A stretch of DNA of 64,000 bases, taken from assembly GCA_973895155.1 (NCBI GenBank), contig OZ316896.1:8329539-8393538 (forward strand), given 5' to 3'. Position numbers and translations under genes: made by a program. The DNA comes from Marsupella aquatica (Eukaryota; Plantae; Marchantiophyta). Below are positions 13,801 to 26,349 of this stretch, piece by piece; within the stretch, counting starts at the first letter, position 1, and each line of letters starts with the position of its first letter. A model generated the notes under the pieces. It saw only the letters and a program-made list of their open reading frames with translations. It did not search any database and was not told where the DNA came from.

Positions 13801-16800
13801 ATTCTATACCATGGACATGTAAAGATGTCCGACATCAATTATAATACAATGAATGCATCTCATTTTCGAGGGTAATATCGACGACTTCAACACACTGCGA
13901 ACGCAACTTTTACAAGGTAGGAGTTTACAGAGTGAATGGGTTCCCCAGCAATACATATGTAGTGCATGACTGCATCTGAGATATCCACCCCACAACGTGC
14001 AAAGGTGCTAGTACTCAACAACTGCTCCAGGCACTTCAGTCCAAGGCATTGATGCCTCCTGCGCATTCATTAAGCACAATTTTCTAAAATCTCCACAACT
14101 TTGATAACCATCAGGGTAGGTAGCAAACGAGAATCTCTGTCACTTTCAATATGAAACAAAAATCGCTTAAAATCCATGTTCAATAATGCAAGAAAACAAT
14201 CATTTTCCACACAATTTCATATGAACTCGAAAGTTCAAACAGCAATATCATTGGGATGATCACAGCACGTTGATGTGAAACCCACCTGTATGATGGAACT
14301 CGACCAGACGGACGTAAGGAAGCAGCTGCGTTGGCTGCCACATATGGATCGGATAATACTGCTGCTGCCACCGCTGCATCAGCCAAGTCCCTCATTGATG
14401 CAGTATGTACAGTAACATGCATGCCCAAGGCTTCTCTCACCAGCTGCACGACACGATTTTAGGTACTTCCTCCGCTTAGTAGGCAGACAGCTCACAGCAG
14501 AAGAAATTTGATAGGATAGACAGTATCATAGACTACTTTGTTTTAAATTCACTGTGGACAATGAGTTTAGTGGAATACTAATTTGAGCGTTCCAAAGTAA
14601 GTGTGACTTCCATAAGCTCCAGATATGATGTTATGAGCATACAACAGCAAGCACAGAAGTTGAAAGCTTACTGAATATCCCTGAATTCTATGCAATACAG
14701 GCCGTAGGACTCCGCTTTAATGGTCCAGAACTATACCCCAGCGACGTCAGCAAACCGGCGCAGCAAGAGCTGTACTGCCACCCAGACAGCAAGTTCAATT
14801 TCTGGTGTACAAACTGCGTAATTGGCTTTCCCCATAGCTGCTCGTAACAAGTTTGCTATACAAGCATGTAAGAGATTCTTTGTTGATGAGCTTGAAAGTC
14901 CAGGTACCAAACACACGAAAGCGATACCCAGCTGCAGTGTTCGCTCAGAGACAAAAGCTAATTTAACTGCATGTCTCAATCCGCCGCCTGACTGATCCAT
15001 GGTTCCTCCTAACACCCTCAGCCAGAAATCGACCTGATGAGGAGACAAAACGTCAGTGAAGTTGCCTTATTAAACAGTGCAGATAAAAAGCACAGTGCAT
15101 ATCATCCAGCAGGCAACACAAGCAGAGGTGGACTTTGAACTGTAATACGAGGCGAGAGAGTTGTAGGGACAGTGAGGGGGCGCCGATGAAGACCTCTTCA
15201 TGAGTCGGTTGCAGATCTCCAGCTCGTATCAGTACACAATATAATCTCAAATGAGCGTGTAGCCTTCCAGACCAGCCCTTCTCTTTCCAAGTTGATTTTG
15301 CGTCTGTCAATAATGCGTCCAGTATTCTTGTTGCCACTCCTTTTGTCACAGGCTGTGTCAAAGACGTTCCTTCGGGCTCGAACGGTGGGGCGTCTGTGGG
15401 GATTTCAGAGAGGGACCCTGGAGGAACGAGTGCAGGGTGGCTGTCACCATGCTTTTGGTTTTCTCCTAGAAAAGCAAGAATCCAACGCGAGGTTTTCTCT
15501 TTAGGAAAGATCAACCTAGAGAGAAACTGCAGCTCGTCGTGGAAAATCTCCAGCGTGATGTGTAAAGCCATTTCAGCCAGTGCGCATGTATTTACGAGTG
15601 CCTCTCGGCAAATTGCGGCAAACGATGGTGCCAAACGGCAAAGACCGACCAACACCGAAACCACCGCTAGAGCACACGAAGAGGCGGAGGGTGGTGCAAA
15701 CTCCTGAGATGGGGGTCCACTGAGCTCACGAGAAAGAGTCCCGCTGACTCCCAATGCTTTTCCTGTTGAGGCATGTGGGCTCCCGGGGAGATCTTCTTGT
15801 GTTTCAGTCTGTCTCGAGAGGACATTTGCCATCGCCAAAACCCCTCTCTCGACAATTGCAGGACTATTCGCAAACGTTGTTACCAACAAAGGACAACCAC
15901 AGCTAGCTGATAGGAGCCCTTTCGCCAGGACCTCTGCCGCAAGCCACAGAAAATCGAACAAAATTGAGCTTCGGTGACGAAATGACGAGATCCTACCCTA
16001 AAACCTCAATGGCAGAGAAACCCTGCTAATACCAGGTTCAAAATAGGGCAATTGTGGCAGACATCAAAATGTAGAGGATGCACGCCACATGAATGTCAGA
16101 GTTTGTGGAGATCAAGATTGATTTCGGAATCGGTTTTAAAAATGTATCGTAAGGACTTGAAAAAATTTTAATTTGCGAAATACTTGAGATAGACCGGGCG
16201 TAACGACGAAAACCTGGAGATAAGAGTGTGGGGCACCGTGACACTGTCACTGGCAAAAGGCACAGTAGCTCAGGCAAGCAAGCATCACTGCTCCACATGC
16301 TGCCTTCATCTCTTTCTTGATGCTGAGGCACTTCTTTCTCGAAATCCCGAGCTCTTCGACGCAGTGACAGAACCGCCAGCCTCACCCTCTCCTTCTGCAA
16401 CACTCATTAATGTTAGAACACAGACAAGAAACAATTGGGCACCTCATTGGCCCACATTCATTCTCTGGCTAACTACCAAACCAAGAAGGCGATAAAAGTC
16501 AATGTAATTCGTCAATGCAACAGAAAATGTCCATCCAATTCCGTCCCCTCCCCCCGCAATGTCCAAACTGGCCTCTCCAAATCTCACCTCACTAGCGACC
16601 TCGAAGGCATTACATTCGTCGGTCTCGTCATCGTTCACCCACGTCCACGCTTCGCCTCTCTCCTCGCCTTCTTCCTGCTCTAATTCTGTTGGTGCTGCAG
16701 CAGGAACCAGACCAGGCAATACATTCCCGGCTGCTGCTGCTGTTGCCTCTTCCTTCGCCTCAGCCTCCAGCACGGACTGAGCAATCTCCACATAGTCCAA

Positions 16801-16995
16801 AGCCGAGTAAACAAGGGCGTTTCGAACATGTCTAGTGTTATAGAGGGACGGAAGCAAATGTGGAATTAGAGTGGGCGAGTCCGAGGCAGAGAGAGCGAGA
16901 GAAGGAAGAAAGGGCGCAGTGACAGAGGACGACAGCTGACCGATAGCCTCCACTGGAGCTCCATACTGCAAAAACTGCAGAACACGCTCCGTCAT
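10862..16995 (-). CDS. INTS2: Integrator complex subunit 2 homolog, about 1352 aa
   Basis: Eleven in-phase GT-AG exons: 16995-16588, 16394-16214, 15933-15194, 15033-14737, 14443-14286, 14058-13929, 13663-13199, 12971-11911, 11813-11654, 11528-11343, 11134-10862. Diagnostic C-terminal motifs ALVAQDSAVCQILLEAC and LLKLVHFQGYDIQLIPMMVEGVPDMVQCLYFIGELL match metazoan INTS2 (AQDSAAVQILLEIC; KLVHFQGY..LLP..V.GIPSMHICLDFIPELL). Confidence 0.88.
13047..13115. repeat. (AAAAC)n microsatellite in an INTS2 intron
   Basis: About 13 perfect AAAAC units; forms a (GTTTT)n tract on the transcribed strand. Confidence 0.97.
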
Positions 16996-17799
16996 CGTTC
17001 CTCTCTCTCTCTCTCGGTCTCCTACTCTCCGAGCGGACAAATTCTCTACATCGCTTGGATGGGCGCACCACCACCAGCATCATCACGGCAGCTTCCGATC
17101 CATTCTCTCCGTGCGTCGTCCTTCTCGTTCCTGCTTTCTAGACTCCTCCACCACAAGCTGTTTCGTACGACTCCGAATCGGAGACTCGAGGCTGGGCAAT
17201 CAGTCACCATCCCTTCAACCTCAGAGCCTTCTTCAAAATTTTCCTCTTCGACTTCCAATTATTTCTCCAGCAAGTCTGCGCAGACTGGCAGAGAATTCTA
17301 TTTTCATCTTCGACATCAGCACTTGACGAACGTTTCCCGTTCGCATCAATGGTGGTGACTGATGGAGATTTCTCTGTCTCGTTGCTCTTGCAATAGGAAG
17401 GAGACTCTGTGTCCTCTTCGACATCTCTTTGAGGTCTGCGTTTCACCACAGAGTCCTCTTCAAGCTCCTCGATTTCTGTACTACTGCTGCTCCCTGACTT
17501 GCATTGTTGTGGCTGTTTGCAGATAGGAGTCCTCTCTCCACTTGAGAAGAGCCATATTTGACAGTACTGCTTCTATAGAGCATATTGCGGCATATTGTGA
17601 AAATGAAACCCGCCTCGTCTTAATTTTCCTTTCGTACCAATCGGAAGCTTTTCACCAAAGAGAATGCATAAAGATGAACAATGAATCTCGATCTTGGGTG
17701 GAGAAAACACATACAAGCTAGTGTGAGTGTGACCATTTCCTAACTATGGGTTTCACAGGATTGTAGCAAAGGAGCTTGAGGATACTCTCATTGTGGCTG

Positions 17800-19249
17800 A
17801 TTGTGTCATCTGCCTTATGCCGGTATTAGGGCATGTCATAGGGGCATGTTCGAGCATTGCCGGAAGCAAGGTCTTATAGTAGTGACTTTTTGGACATATC
17901 AACAGAATTGTTTCATGTGAAGATTTATATGATTCACTCTTCAGGTTTTATTGGCGAGAAGATCAAACACTTGGTGTCTCAACTCTTACATGAGTTTGTT
18001 ATCTGGTTTGAAATAGGATCCTAGACAGTGAAATAAACATTAATTTTGATTTATTCATTCATGTTGTCCAATGGATTCACTAGGAATGACAATGATTGTT
18101 GCATTTACAGAAAGAGGTGGTAAAATTATTCATACTTTGGTTACATTGTGTTGGCACTGTACATGGATGACATAGTGATCTTGGCTGAAAATAAATCTGA
18201 TGTTGTCGATCTAAAAGCAATGTTGAGCAAGGAGTTCTCAATGAAGGACTTGGGTCACACCAAGAAAATTCTAGCAATGGAGATTCATCGTGACAGGGAG
18301 CAAGTGTTATAATTATGGTTATCTCTTAGACTATATTTGGATAAAGTACTTGCCAAGTATGGGATAGAGAATGTGTGTTGTACAAGGATGGCCTAAGTAG
18401 GCCTGGTAGCGCGAAACATCTCCACTGAAAGAGTTATGGGATAGAGAATACAAAATCAGTTCATTGGTACACTATTGGTTTCCCACTTCAAACTCTCAAA
18501 GAATGATTGCCCTTCTAGTGAGTGTGATAGACTAGCGATGAAAGAGGTTTGCCTATAATAGTGTTGAATGTGTATAGTTTAATGTATGCATGACATGCAC
18601 TAGACCTGATATTGCCCACACTATTAATATTTTTGGTAGATTTATGGCAAACATGAGTAAGCTTGACTGAGGGGTTAAGTAGACCCTATTTTAGAGTTAG
18701 AAAGTTATGTAAATTCAAATTATGCTGATAACTTGGATAATAGAAAAGCTACTACATGCAAGCTATGTCTTTATCTTGGGTGAAGGTTGTATCAACTCAA
18801 TCGTGTGTTACGTTATCTACTACTGAGGCTGAGTACATGGTTGCGCGTGAGACAACCAAGGAGCTATTTGGCTATATATTAATATTTGTGGGTGATCTGT
18901 GTTTTTTGCTTGGAAGACTGGTGTGTGATAATCAAAGTGCATAGCATTCGGCTAAGAACCCTCAGTGTCCGACACTATGACAAAACACATTTGTATTTTT
19001 GATATCATCTACATCTGTGAGGCAATTGAGACAAGGAGATGTTTATGAAGAAGGTGGCTTCAGAGAAGAATGCAACAGGCATGCTTACTAAAGTTTTGCC
19101 TACCGATCTAGCTTGACACATTATGTGGATATGATTAATGTGAGGGCCAAACTGGAGACTATGTAGATATGTCACTTAGTTATATACAGGGTTATATATT
19201 GTGTATTACTTGACTCGATCATTGTGTGAAACGGAGTCAAGGTGGAGAT
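17800..19249 (+). mobile_element. Decayed Ty1/copia pol remnant (RT and RNase H) with polypurine tract
   Basis: Frameshifted fragments LYMDDI (YVDD), MKDLG..KKIL.MEI.RDR, TRPDIA, QSCVTLSTTEAEYM, CDNQSA, TKHI, NATGMLTKVL; PPT AAGGTGGAGA at 19239-19248. Confidence 0.9.
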
Positions 19250-19690
19250 TGTTATGTCGAATTGACTCGAGTTCTCGACTTTAGTTAGTTTGACCTTACT
19301 ACCTGGTTAGTCAACCTTTGATTACATTAATGCTATAATTAACTCTTAGATCTAGAGTTACGACTGTACTGTAGTTATAGCTAACCTTAGTTGCATACTA
19401 GGGTAGGTTAGTCATGTTGTGCACACACTATACCCAAGCGGTGTTTGCTTGGAAAGTATGAACTCAGGCTCATCGTTACGAAGCCAGTTGAGAGATAGGG
19501 AGAGCTTGTGTTATAGATGTTTGGTATGACTGGTCGACCTATAGTGCAATAAAGCTCCTGTGCATGTTCCTATGGACGTAGTCCCCGACGTAGTCTCATG
19601 TGAAGGTGAAGCACATATCTCTCAGTGTCGAGTACTTGTGTGTTGGATGATTTATGGGCTTGCCATTGCGATTGTCGTTTGTCCTCAACA
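19250..19690 (+). mobile_element. 3' LTR of the copia remnant (441 bp)
   Basis: Starts TGTT directly after the PPT, ends AACA, contains AATAAA at ~19548; no partner 5' LTR found in the window. Confidence 0.75.
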
Positions 19691-21999
19691 ATTAGAATTA
19701 TAAGATTCGCTTAGTTAGGCCCACAAACCTCAATCCTCCTAGGGGGTATCTAGGTTGGATGAGAACATGATCTCCCTTATTTTTCACATGTATTCTCATA
19801 TGCTATGGATCCTTTAGGGGTTTATTCACTCGTGATGTCTTGTCAATGCAATGTATGATTGAGTATTCTCTTATGTTCTGCATTTGCTCTCTAGTATGAG
19901 TCAATAGTTCCTTACACCAAGTACAATATTCCCATCAAGAGAGAAACATGTACTAGCCCCATTTTCAATCATGTTTAGCATTATTTTCCAAAATTAATCT
20001 TTATGGCTGTGAAATTAGTCTCTTGTCGCAACAACTGACATTGTCGACCTTCCAATCAAGGAAGAAGCCTATCTTTGTTGGGCCAGTAGTCCCCAACAGC
20101 ATAGTCTTTTGCCAGAATTATATTAAATGTAAGATTCGTTGAAGGAGGAGATGCTGCGGTAGGAGTCCTTGTCTGGTTTTGCTAATTATTTTCTGAAAAT
20201 TGATCTCCCTAGACTTAAGGAGTACCATTTCTAACTAATGGGGTGTGTGGCTAGGTGGTGGAAATCCGGGCTAATGGGAGAGACAAAATTTTAGCCCAAA
20301 GTAATCACAAAGGCTTTCTAACGAGATGTAACCTAACTAATTTTTGCCACTAAAACAAAGCCAGTCCACCGGATTGCTTTACAGTTAGTGCCACGCCCGG
20401 GGAAAGCTCCCATGAGCGTGACTGGACGTACGGAAGGATGTGACCTGTAAGCTCTACCTGTAAGACACGTCGTGTAAGCAGCATGATTATGCTAGATGGG
20501 TGGTATGCACATCCATGGAGACATGGAGTCATGACATGGACGACGTAGGGGGCGGGGCCGAATACCGGGAAGTTTTGATCGGGCCGTTGAATCTGAGGGG
20601 AATTAATTACGCACGAACATGCGCCGTCCGATTCGAAACTCGTGCGGGAGGGGGGGGCCGAATGAAATATCGGGCCCCTCGGCCTTTCTTCTCGTCAGCC
20701 TGTGAAGTGTCAATGTCTGCGCCTTCCGCCGCCCGTTATTGGTGCCTTGAACCCCTCCAGCACTCTGTCGTAAGTTGTGCCTGACCCAGCCAACAATTTG
20801 TCTGCATTGCCCGGCCAGAAACGTCTCCCTCCTCTCGAACAATTTCTCTGTTCACCTTCTCTTCTTGGGGCACTCTTCTGTTTCTTTTCTTTTATTGGGT
20901 TGTTTTGCGTTTTTACCCAATGGCACTTTGATAAATGTTGACCTCAATAATAATGTTTCTCCGCACGTCTGTCGGGTTGCTGTACATGTTTTCTGGAGTC
21001 CTTGGCTAGAAATCTTGCCCACATTTGAGGTTTTTCTTTTGTCATGATTCTCGGAGGTCGGTTTGCGGAAACCGGGATGGCACTACGGTACCGGCACTGA
21101 TTTGTGATCAATGCCCCGGGAGGGGAGACTGGAGAAGGGGAGACTCGAGAAGTCGCCCTATATCCGGACTGGATCGGGAACGCTCTATATCATTTTCTCT
21201 CTCGCCCTTCCTCCGCACCCGCACTCGGCCCCGTGTTTCTCTGATCCTCTCGGTCTCGAGCTTCCGCTCGCTTTTAGATCTGGGCATTACGTGATACGGT
21301 GTTGGTTTGTTCTCCTGTCTCGTCTCGATTTTACTTTGTTCGTTGGAAGTGCATCTGCATGACGTAATTGGTGGCAATTGTGAACGCACACAGCGAGTCG
21401 GGTGAGTGCGGAAGGAACCTAAGAGCAAGTCTGCCCGAGCCTGCCACCACCATTCATGTTCACTGCATTTGGGTATGCTGTTGTCGTTGCTGAGCTCTTA
21501 ATTTCTTAGAGCGCAGTAACAGTCGCCGTGAGTGACGAAGAGAAAGCTGCGAAAGAGTTTTGTGGGTCACGTAGAGAAGTTTCTGGAGGGAGTTTTGTAG
21601 GTCAACTGGTCGACTTCGAGACTTCAGACATTAGAGAAACGGACCGAATTGTTGCAGCAGCTGATGTACGTATGTGTTGCTCCTGGGCAACGCAGGCATT
21701 TTCATGACTTCAATTACACTTATGCCAGGTGTAGCAAGCGCGTTCTCGATTTGACTCCGGTGGAGACTACGGTACTGGACGTCGAGAGAAACTGATTGAT
21801 ACGTCATGACAAGTGGGATAGGGGAGAATTGGGATGCGAGAGAGTCGAGCAGTTCCCATCTGAAATAGAAACGAACATTAGTACAGTCGATTCGGGGAAG
21901 CAGGAACTAAGATCGGAACACGAGAAAGCGCAACGAAAACAGAATCAGAATTGGGAATATATACTAGGACCTCTGGGTGGTAGCCACTCGAACTACAGA

Positions 22000-24910
22000 A
22001 TGTACGTCTCGGAGGATCGGGCTAAGAACCAGAGACGGGGGGAGAGGCTTTTTGGGATTCATACATTTGGAGATCCAGGATGCCCTTCTGATTACGATGG
22101 ACCGTTCCGACACAACATAAAAGCATTTTTGGAAGAGTGCGCGGAGCCTAAGCGCCACAATATAGAGGGTATGCCTGCGTGGTCAATTGCTCTGGAAGAG
22201 TCCCACACCCATGGCTCGCGAGTCTCTTTGCTAGTGATTGAAGAAGGAATGCGGGATTCTCTTCATCCTCATTGCGACCGTTGCCGATGCATTGGTGAGC
22301 ATTCCTTCCTCTTCCTAAGGGTCGATAAAGTGCTTGCTAAGCTCCATCCCACATCCTCCTGCTTGAACTCCTGCTGCTATCTCATCGGTCCGGAATATGT
22401 AAATGATATATATCCGTCAGGAATCAAAATTCACTTCAGGACGACAATTCAATGTTGACCGTCTGATTAAGAAAGAGCTACACCTTGCAAATTTAGAAAC
22501 TCCTATGTAGATGAGACTCAGTTTCCTTACGTACGCGCGTATTATCCAATTTTTTAACATGTTTATAGCTAATCTGCTGTTCGAAGCTAGATCGAAATTG
22601 ACTCATTCTGGTTTTCGGACATCGAGTATTTACATGCGATCGAAGATACTATGCAGGTTGGAGTCATCACCCAGTGTCGAATAAACGGTACCATTTGATC
22701 ATTCCTACCCCAGAACCGAGCCCAGAACCTGACGATCGGCCTCTGGGGTTAGTGGGACAGGTTGGAGGCAAAGTTTGCCCCAACTGCAACGACCCTATCC
22801 CGCCAACTGTAATCAGCTGTCAGTCTTGTGGAGAGGAGGCAGTACTTGGAAGCATATTGGAGTTGCAAAGCCACCTCCTCCACGGCGTCCTTCACTGCAA
22901 TGGGTTTGGTCACCTCCTGCGCATCAATGGAAGAGAAAAAGGATCCAACCTGGCATCGGGCAAAGATATTATGGATCTCTGGGACCGTGTGTGTGCAATG
23001 CTCAGAGCTAGGTACAGTGTACTGACCGCATTCAAATTTGCACAAATCTTAATACTAGCTTCGATCATTTCAGTAGAGTCTGAAACTGTGGGCAAAAACC
23101 TAAACCCAAGTCTTTTCGATAATGCAAATGACACTACGTTATTGGACATTGCAATGGAGTCTACGTAGGACAAGCTTCCGCAGTTCAATGGGGCAGCCTG
23201 TCACGATATTGCTGGCAAACAGGTATTTTAGCCAACATACTACGTACGTGCCCATAATAAATACGTGCTCCATATAGCGGTAGTCTAACACGTCCCTGCC
23301 AGGGCAACAATTGCATTGCTCCGGCAATATTTTGTTAGTTGTAAAGCAGTAAATGAAGCTCATGGGATCTCCCCACCATCTGTATAGATATGTAAGAATA
23401 AGCGCCAGTTTGATTATCGAAATCGGCCCAATATCCGTCTTCACGGAAATTTGTCAATCTGATCGGGTTGAATGGATTGCAATGTGCATCTAATGACAGG
23501 AAGGTGAGTGTGGAAGACGTGGCTAAGAAGAGAACCCTCGAGTTTAGGCTTCTGCATTCCGTGGGCTATGGTGAATGCTGGTATGGAAGATGGGATTACA
23601 AGTTTGGTCACGGAAGCTTTGGCATCACGCAGCAAATGTATGTTAAGGCGATCGAGGCAATTCGTGGCATGCCGCTGGATGTCATGGTTCAACATTTTGA
23701 AGGAGTGGATCAAGATGTACTTGCTATCATTGCCTTGTACCAACGTATCAGTGGGCTAGCCCTTCAAACGGTGGGCGACTTGATTCGTTTCATGATGGAG
23801 CTGAAAGCGAGACTGCCTCTTCACCAGACGACCAAAACTCTCTCGAAAACCTCAAAGGAGCTCGAGAAGAAAACATCTAGTGGAAATACTAACAATGCCG
23901 ACATGCCCTGCCGATGGTCTGTAAAGCGCTTGGACTTAGCTACTCAAGTGATTGTGGACGCATTGAAGAGCTGTGAAAAGAAATGGATGCCCCGGCAGGA
24001 CGTGCGAGATGCAGCAAGAGTCTACATTGGTGACACAGGTCTTTTGGATTTTGTCTTAAAGTCTTTGGGAAACAGGGTGGTTGGTGGTCACGTTGTACGC
24101 CGAGCTGTGAATCCCATTACCAAGGTTCTGGAATACAGCCTGGAGGACGTAAACAGCTCAACCGCCAATGCAAATCCCAAAGATAAATGCCAACTTGAGC
24201 CTGCATGTGAGGTTGGCCGTGCGGAGGTTCTTCGAGACATTGCCTACATCTACAAGCATGTACTGGAAAGTTACAAGCCTGCACGGAGAGGTGTCAATAG
24301 TGTTCTGACTGCAATTCCAACAGCAGTCAGGATAATCCTTGATATAAAGCAATTCACAAAGGACTATCGTGGAGAGATCACCCGAAAATGTGCTAACAAT
24401 GAGTGGGGCATGGACGACGACGAGATGCTCAGAGTGATGTGCACGGTCGTCTTAAAAAATGATGACCCAAGCCGCAATCGGCCGAGTCCGCCTGCAGAAC
24501 TGGTGATCCTTCCACCTCATGCTACCATTGGGGATTTGAAAAAGGAAGCACAGCGGGCTTTTCGTGAGACATACCAGATCATGCAGAGCTTCACTGTGAA
24601 GTCGATTCCTGATCTTCGTAAAGACGACGAGGATCTCTTGTTTGGAACTATCGAATCTGGGTCATCTGTGATTGTCGAAGGAAGCGGAATTGACATGTGC
24701 AGTGATTGGCGCTACGAAGGAGGGAATGATATCTGGATTGTAGACTGCCCTTGCGGAACAAAAGATGACGATGGCGAAAGGATGATAGCTTGTGATGTAT
24801 GTGAGGTGTGGCAGCACACTCGATGTGGGGGTATTTCTGATCTGGACGCCACTCCCCTCCGTTTCCTGTGTCACCGTTGCGGAGTCAACCTATTTCATGC
24901 CATGCTCTAA
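22000..24910 (+). CDS. MS1: MS1/MMD1-family (At1g33420-like) PHD-finger chromatin protein, about 686 aa
   Basis: Exons 22000-22294, 22657-23011, 23500-24910, in phase. Family motifs FGDPGCP..GPFRHNIKAFL, CDRCRCIGWSHHPVSNKRYH, HLLHGVLHCNGFGHLLRINGREKGS, WYGRWDYKFGHGSFG, IGDTGLLDFVLKSL, and C-terminal PHD VDCPCGTKDDDGERMIACDVCEVWQHTRC...FLCHRC. The symbol denotes the family, not proven orthology. Confidence 0.95.
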
Positions 24911-26349
24911 AAAAATGCGATTGCTTCCTTCATTTTTCACGGAATTACGTACTGTGATTTCTTCGTCTTGGCCAGACTCTTCGATACAGGCCGACTTTAA
25001 GGGATGGAATTTAACGACTATAAGAGTTCGGCTCTATTGTTTCCTTGGTTCAGTAATGTTGATCTTCATTCTTCATCTAATTCATCAACGGAGACCTGCA
25101 GCTAACGACAATGGTACGACACACACGTACCTTGTTAATTGCATGCTTGAAATAGGATCCGCGCAAGCATGTTTGTATAGACTTAACTTACAGCAATGCT
25201 TGCGACGGACCCTTTTGAGGTGGATAACTCAATAGGACACCAGAGAATGTCATCAGAACGTGCGTTTTGCTATGTGAGCTCGGCTCTCCTCTTAGGACTT
25301 CTAGAAAAGATGGCTCTCGGCCTAACGAGCTATCGACAGTCTAGCCAGAAAAAGGTAGAGACTAGAGACGGTCACAAAAACCTGCAACTATGAGATCGAC
25401 TACGCATTCGTCTCATTTTCAGAGTCTTTTTCTCTTTTAACGTGAGGCAGCCCACCTCGCCAACCTCCCTCAATTTTTATTTGATTAAATAAATAATGAG
25501 AAGCAATCTATCGAGTGACTAAACATTATGCACTGGCAAATCACTCGGCTACGAAGCTCCAGGTAGCTGGTTCAAGCTACAATCTGCACGAGCGATTAGC
25601 TGCTTAGATATATACTTCGTAACACTTGAAACAAAAATTCGGCTCGACGGTTGCCCTACTTATCTCACTCTGATGCAGAAGGGTGCCAAACTGTGCCAAA
25701 AATGTCACATAACAAAGTCACAGTATGGAATCGAGAAAAGAATTTTGAATGAAACTTCAGCTTAACTTCAGCCTAACTTCAGGAAACTGCAGGATGTTGT
25801 CACCTGGCCTTGCGTATATAGCCAGGTCAAGTAAAAATATGTTCTGTCCTATTATGCCTTTTGTCATGTTTGAGAGAGTTTCCCTCAACAAATTTAGCAA
25901 AATTTTGGTAAATGGTGAAGTACATTCCGAAATCAAATTAGAAAGTGAACTTTCCAAAGACTTCCCAAATTTCATCTCGAGTATACATCACCCACTACCA
26001 ACCCTAAGTCTGCTCGCTTTTACTATCATACACCAATCCAGCTTTCAAGGACTGGTCAATGGAATATCATCTCTAGCTGTGCAGCGGCCCCCAGTTGAAG
26101 CGACTGATGCTGAGCAAGGTACATAACTACACGCTGCACAAATAAGTGGTACATTCTCCACAGAGAACTTTCCTATCCTGAACATACAGCTTAAGCAGAC
26201 TCTCCCGGAACAGTGTTCTTACATTCAGAGTTCGACAGACCGAGAACTTTAAATGCTTATAGGGAGGGGTTAAATTTTCTATGCTTTTAATTTCATTGTC
26301 GCTCTTGAGCGATTAAGCTGAAAGAAACTAATGGCCTCCCGCTCTCAAT

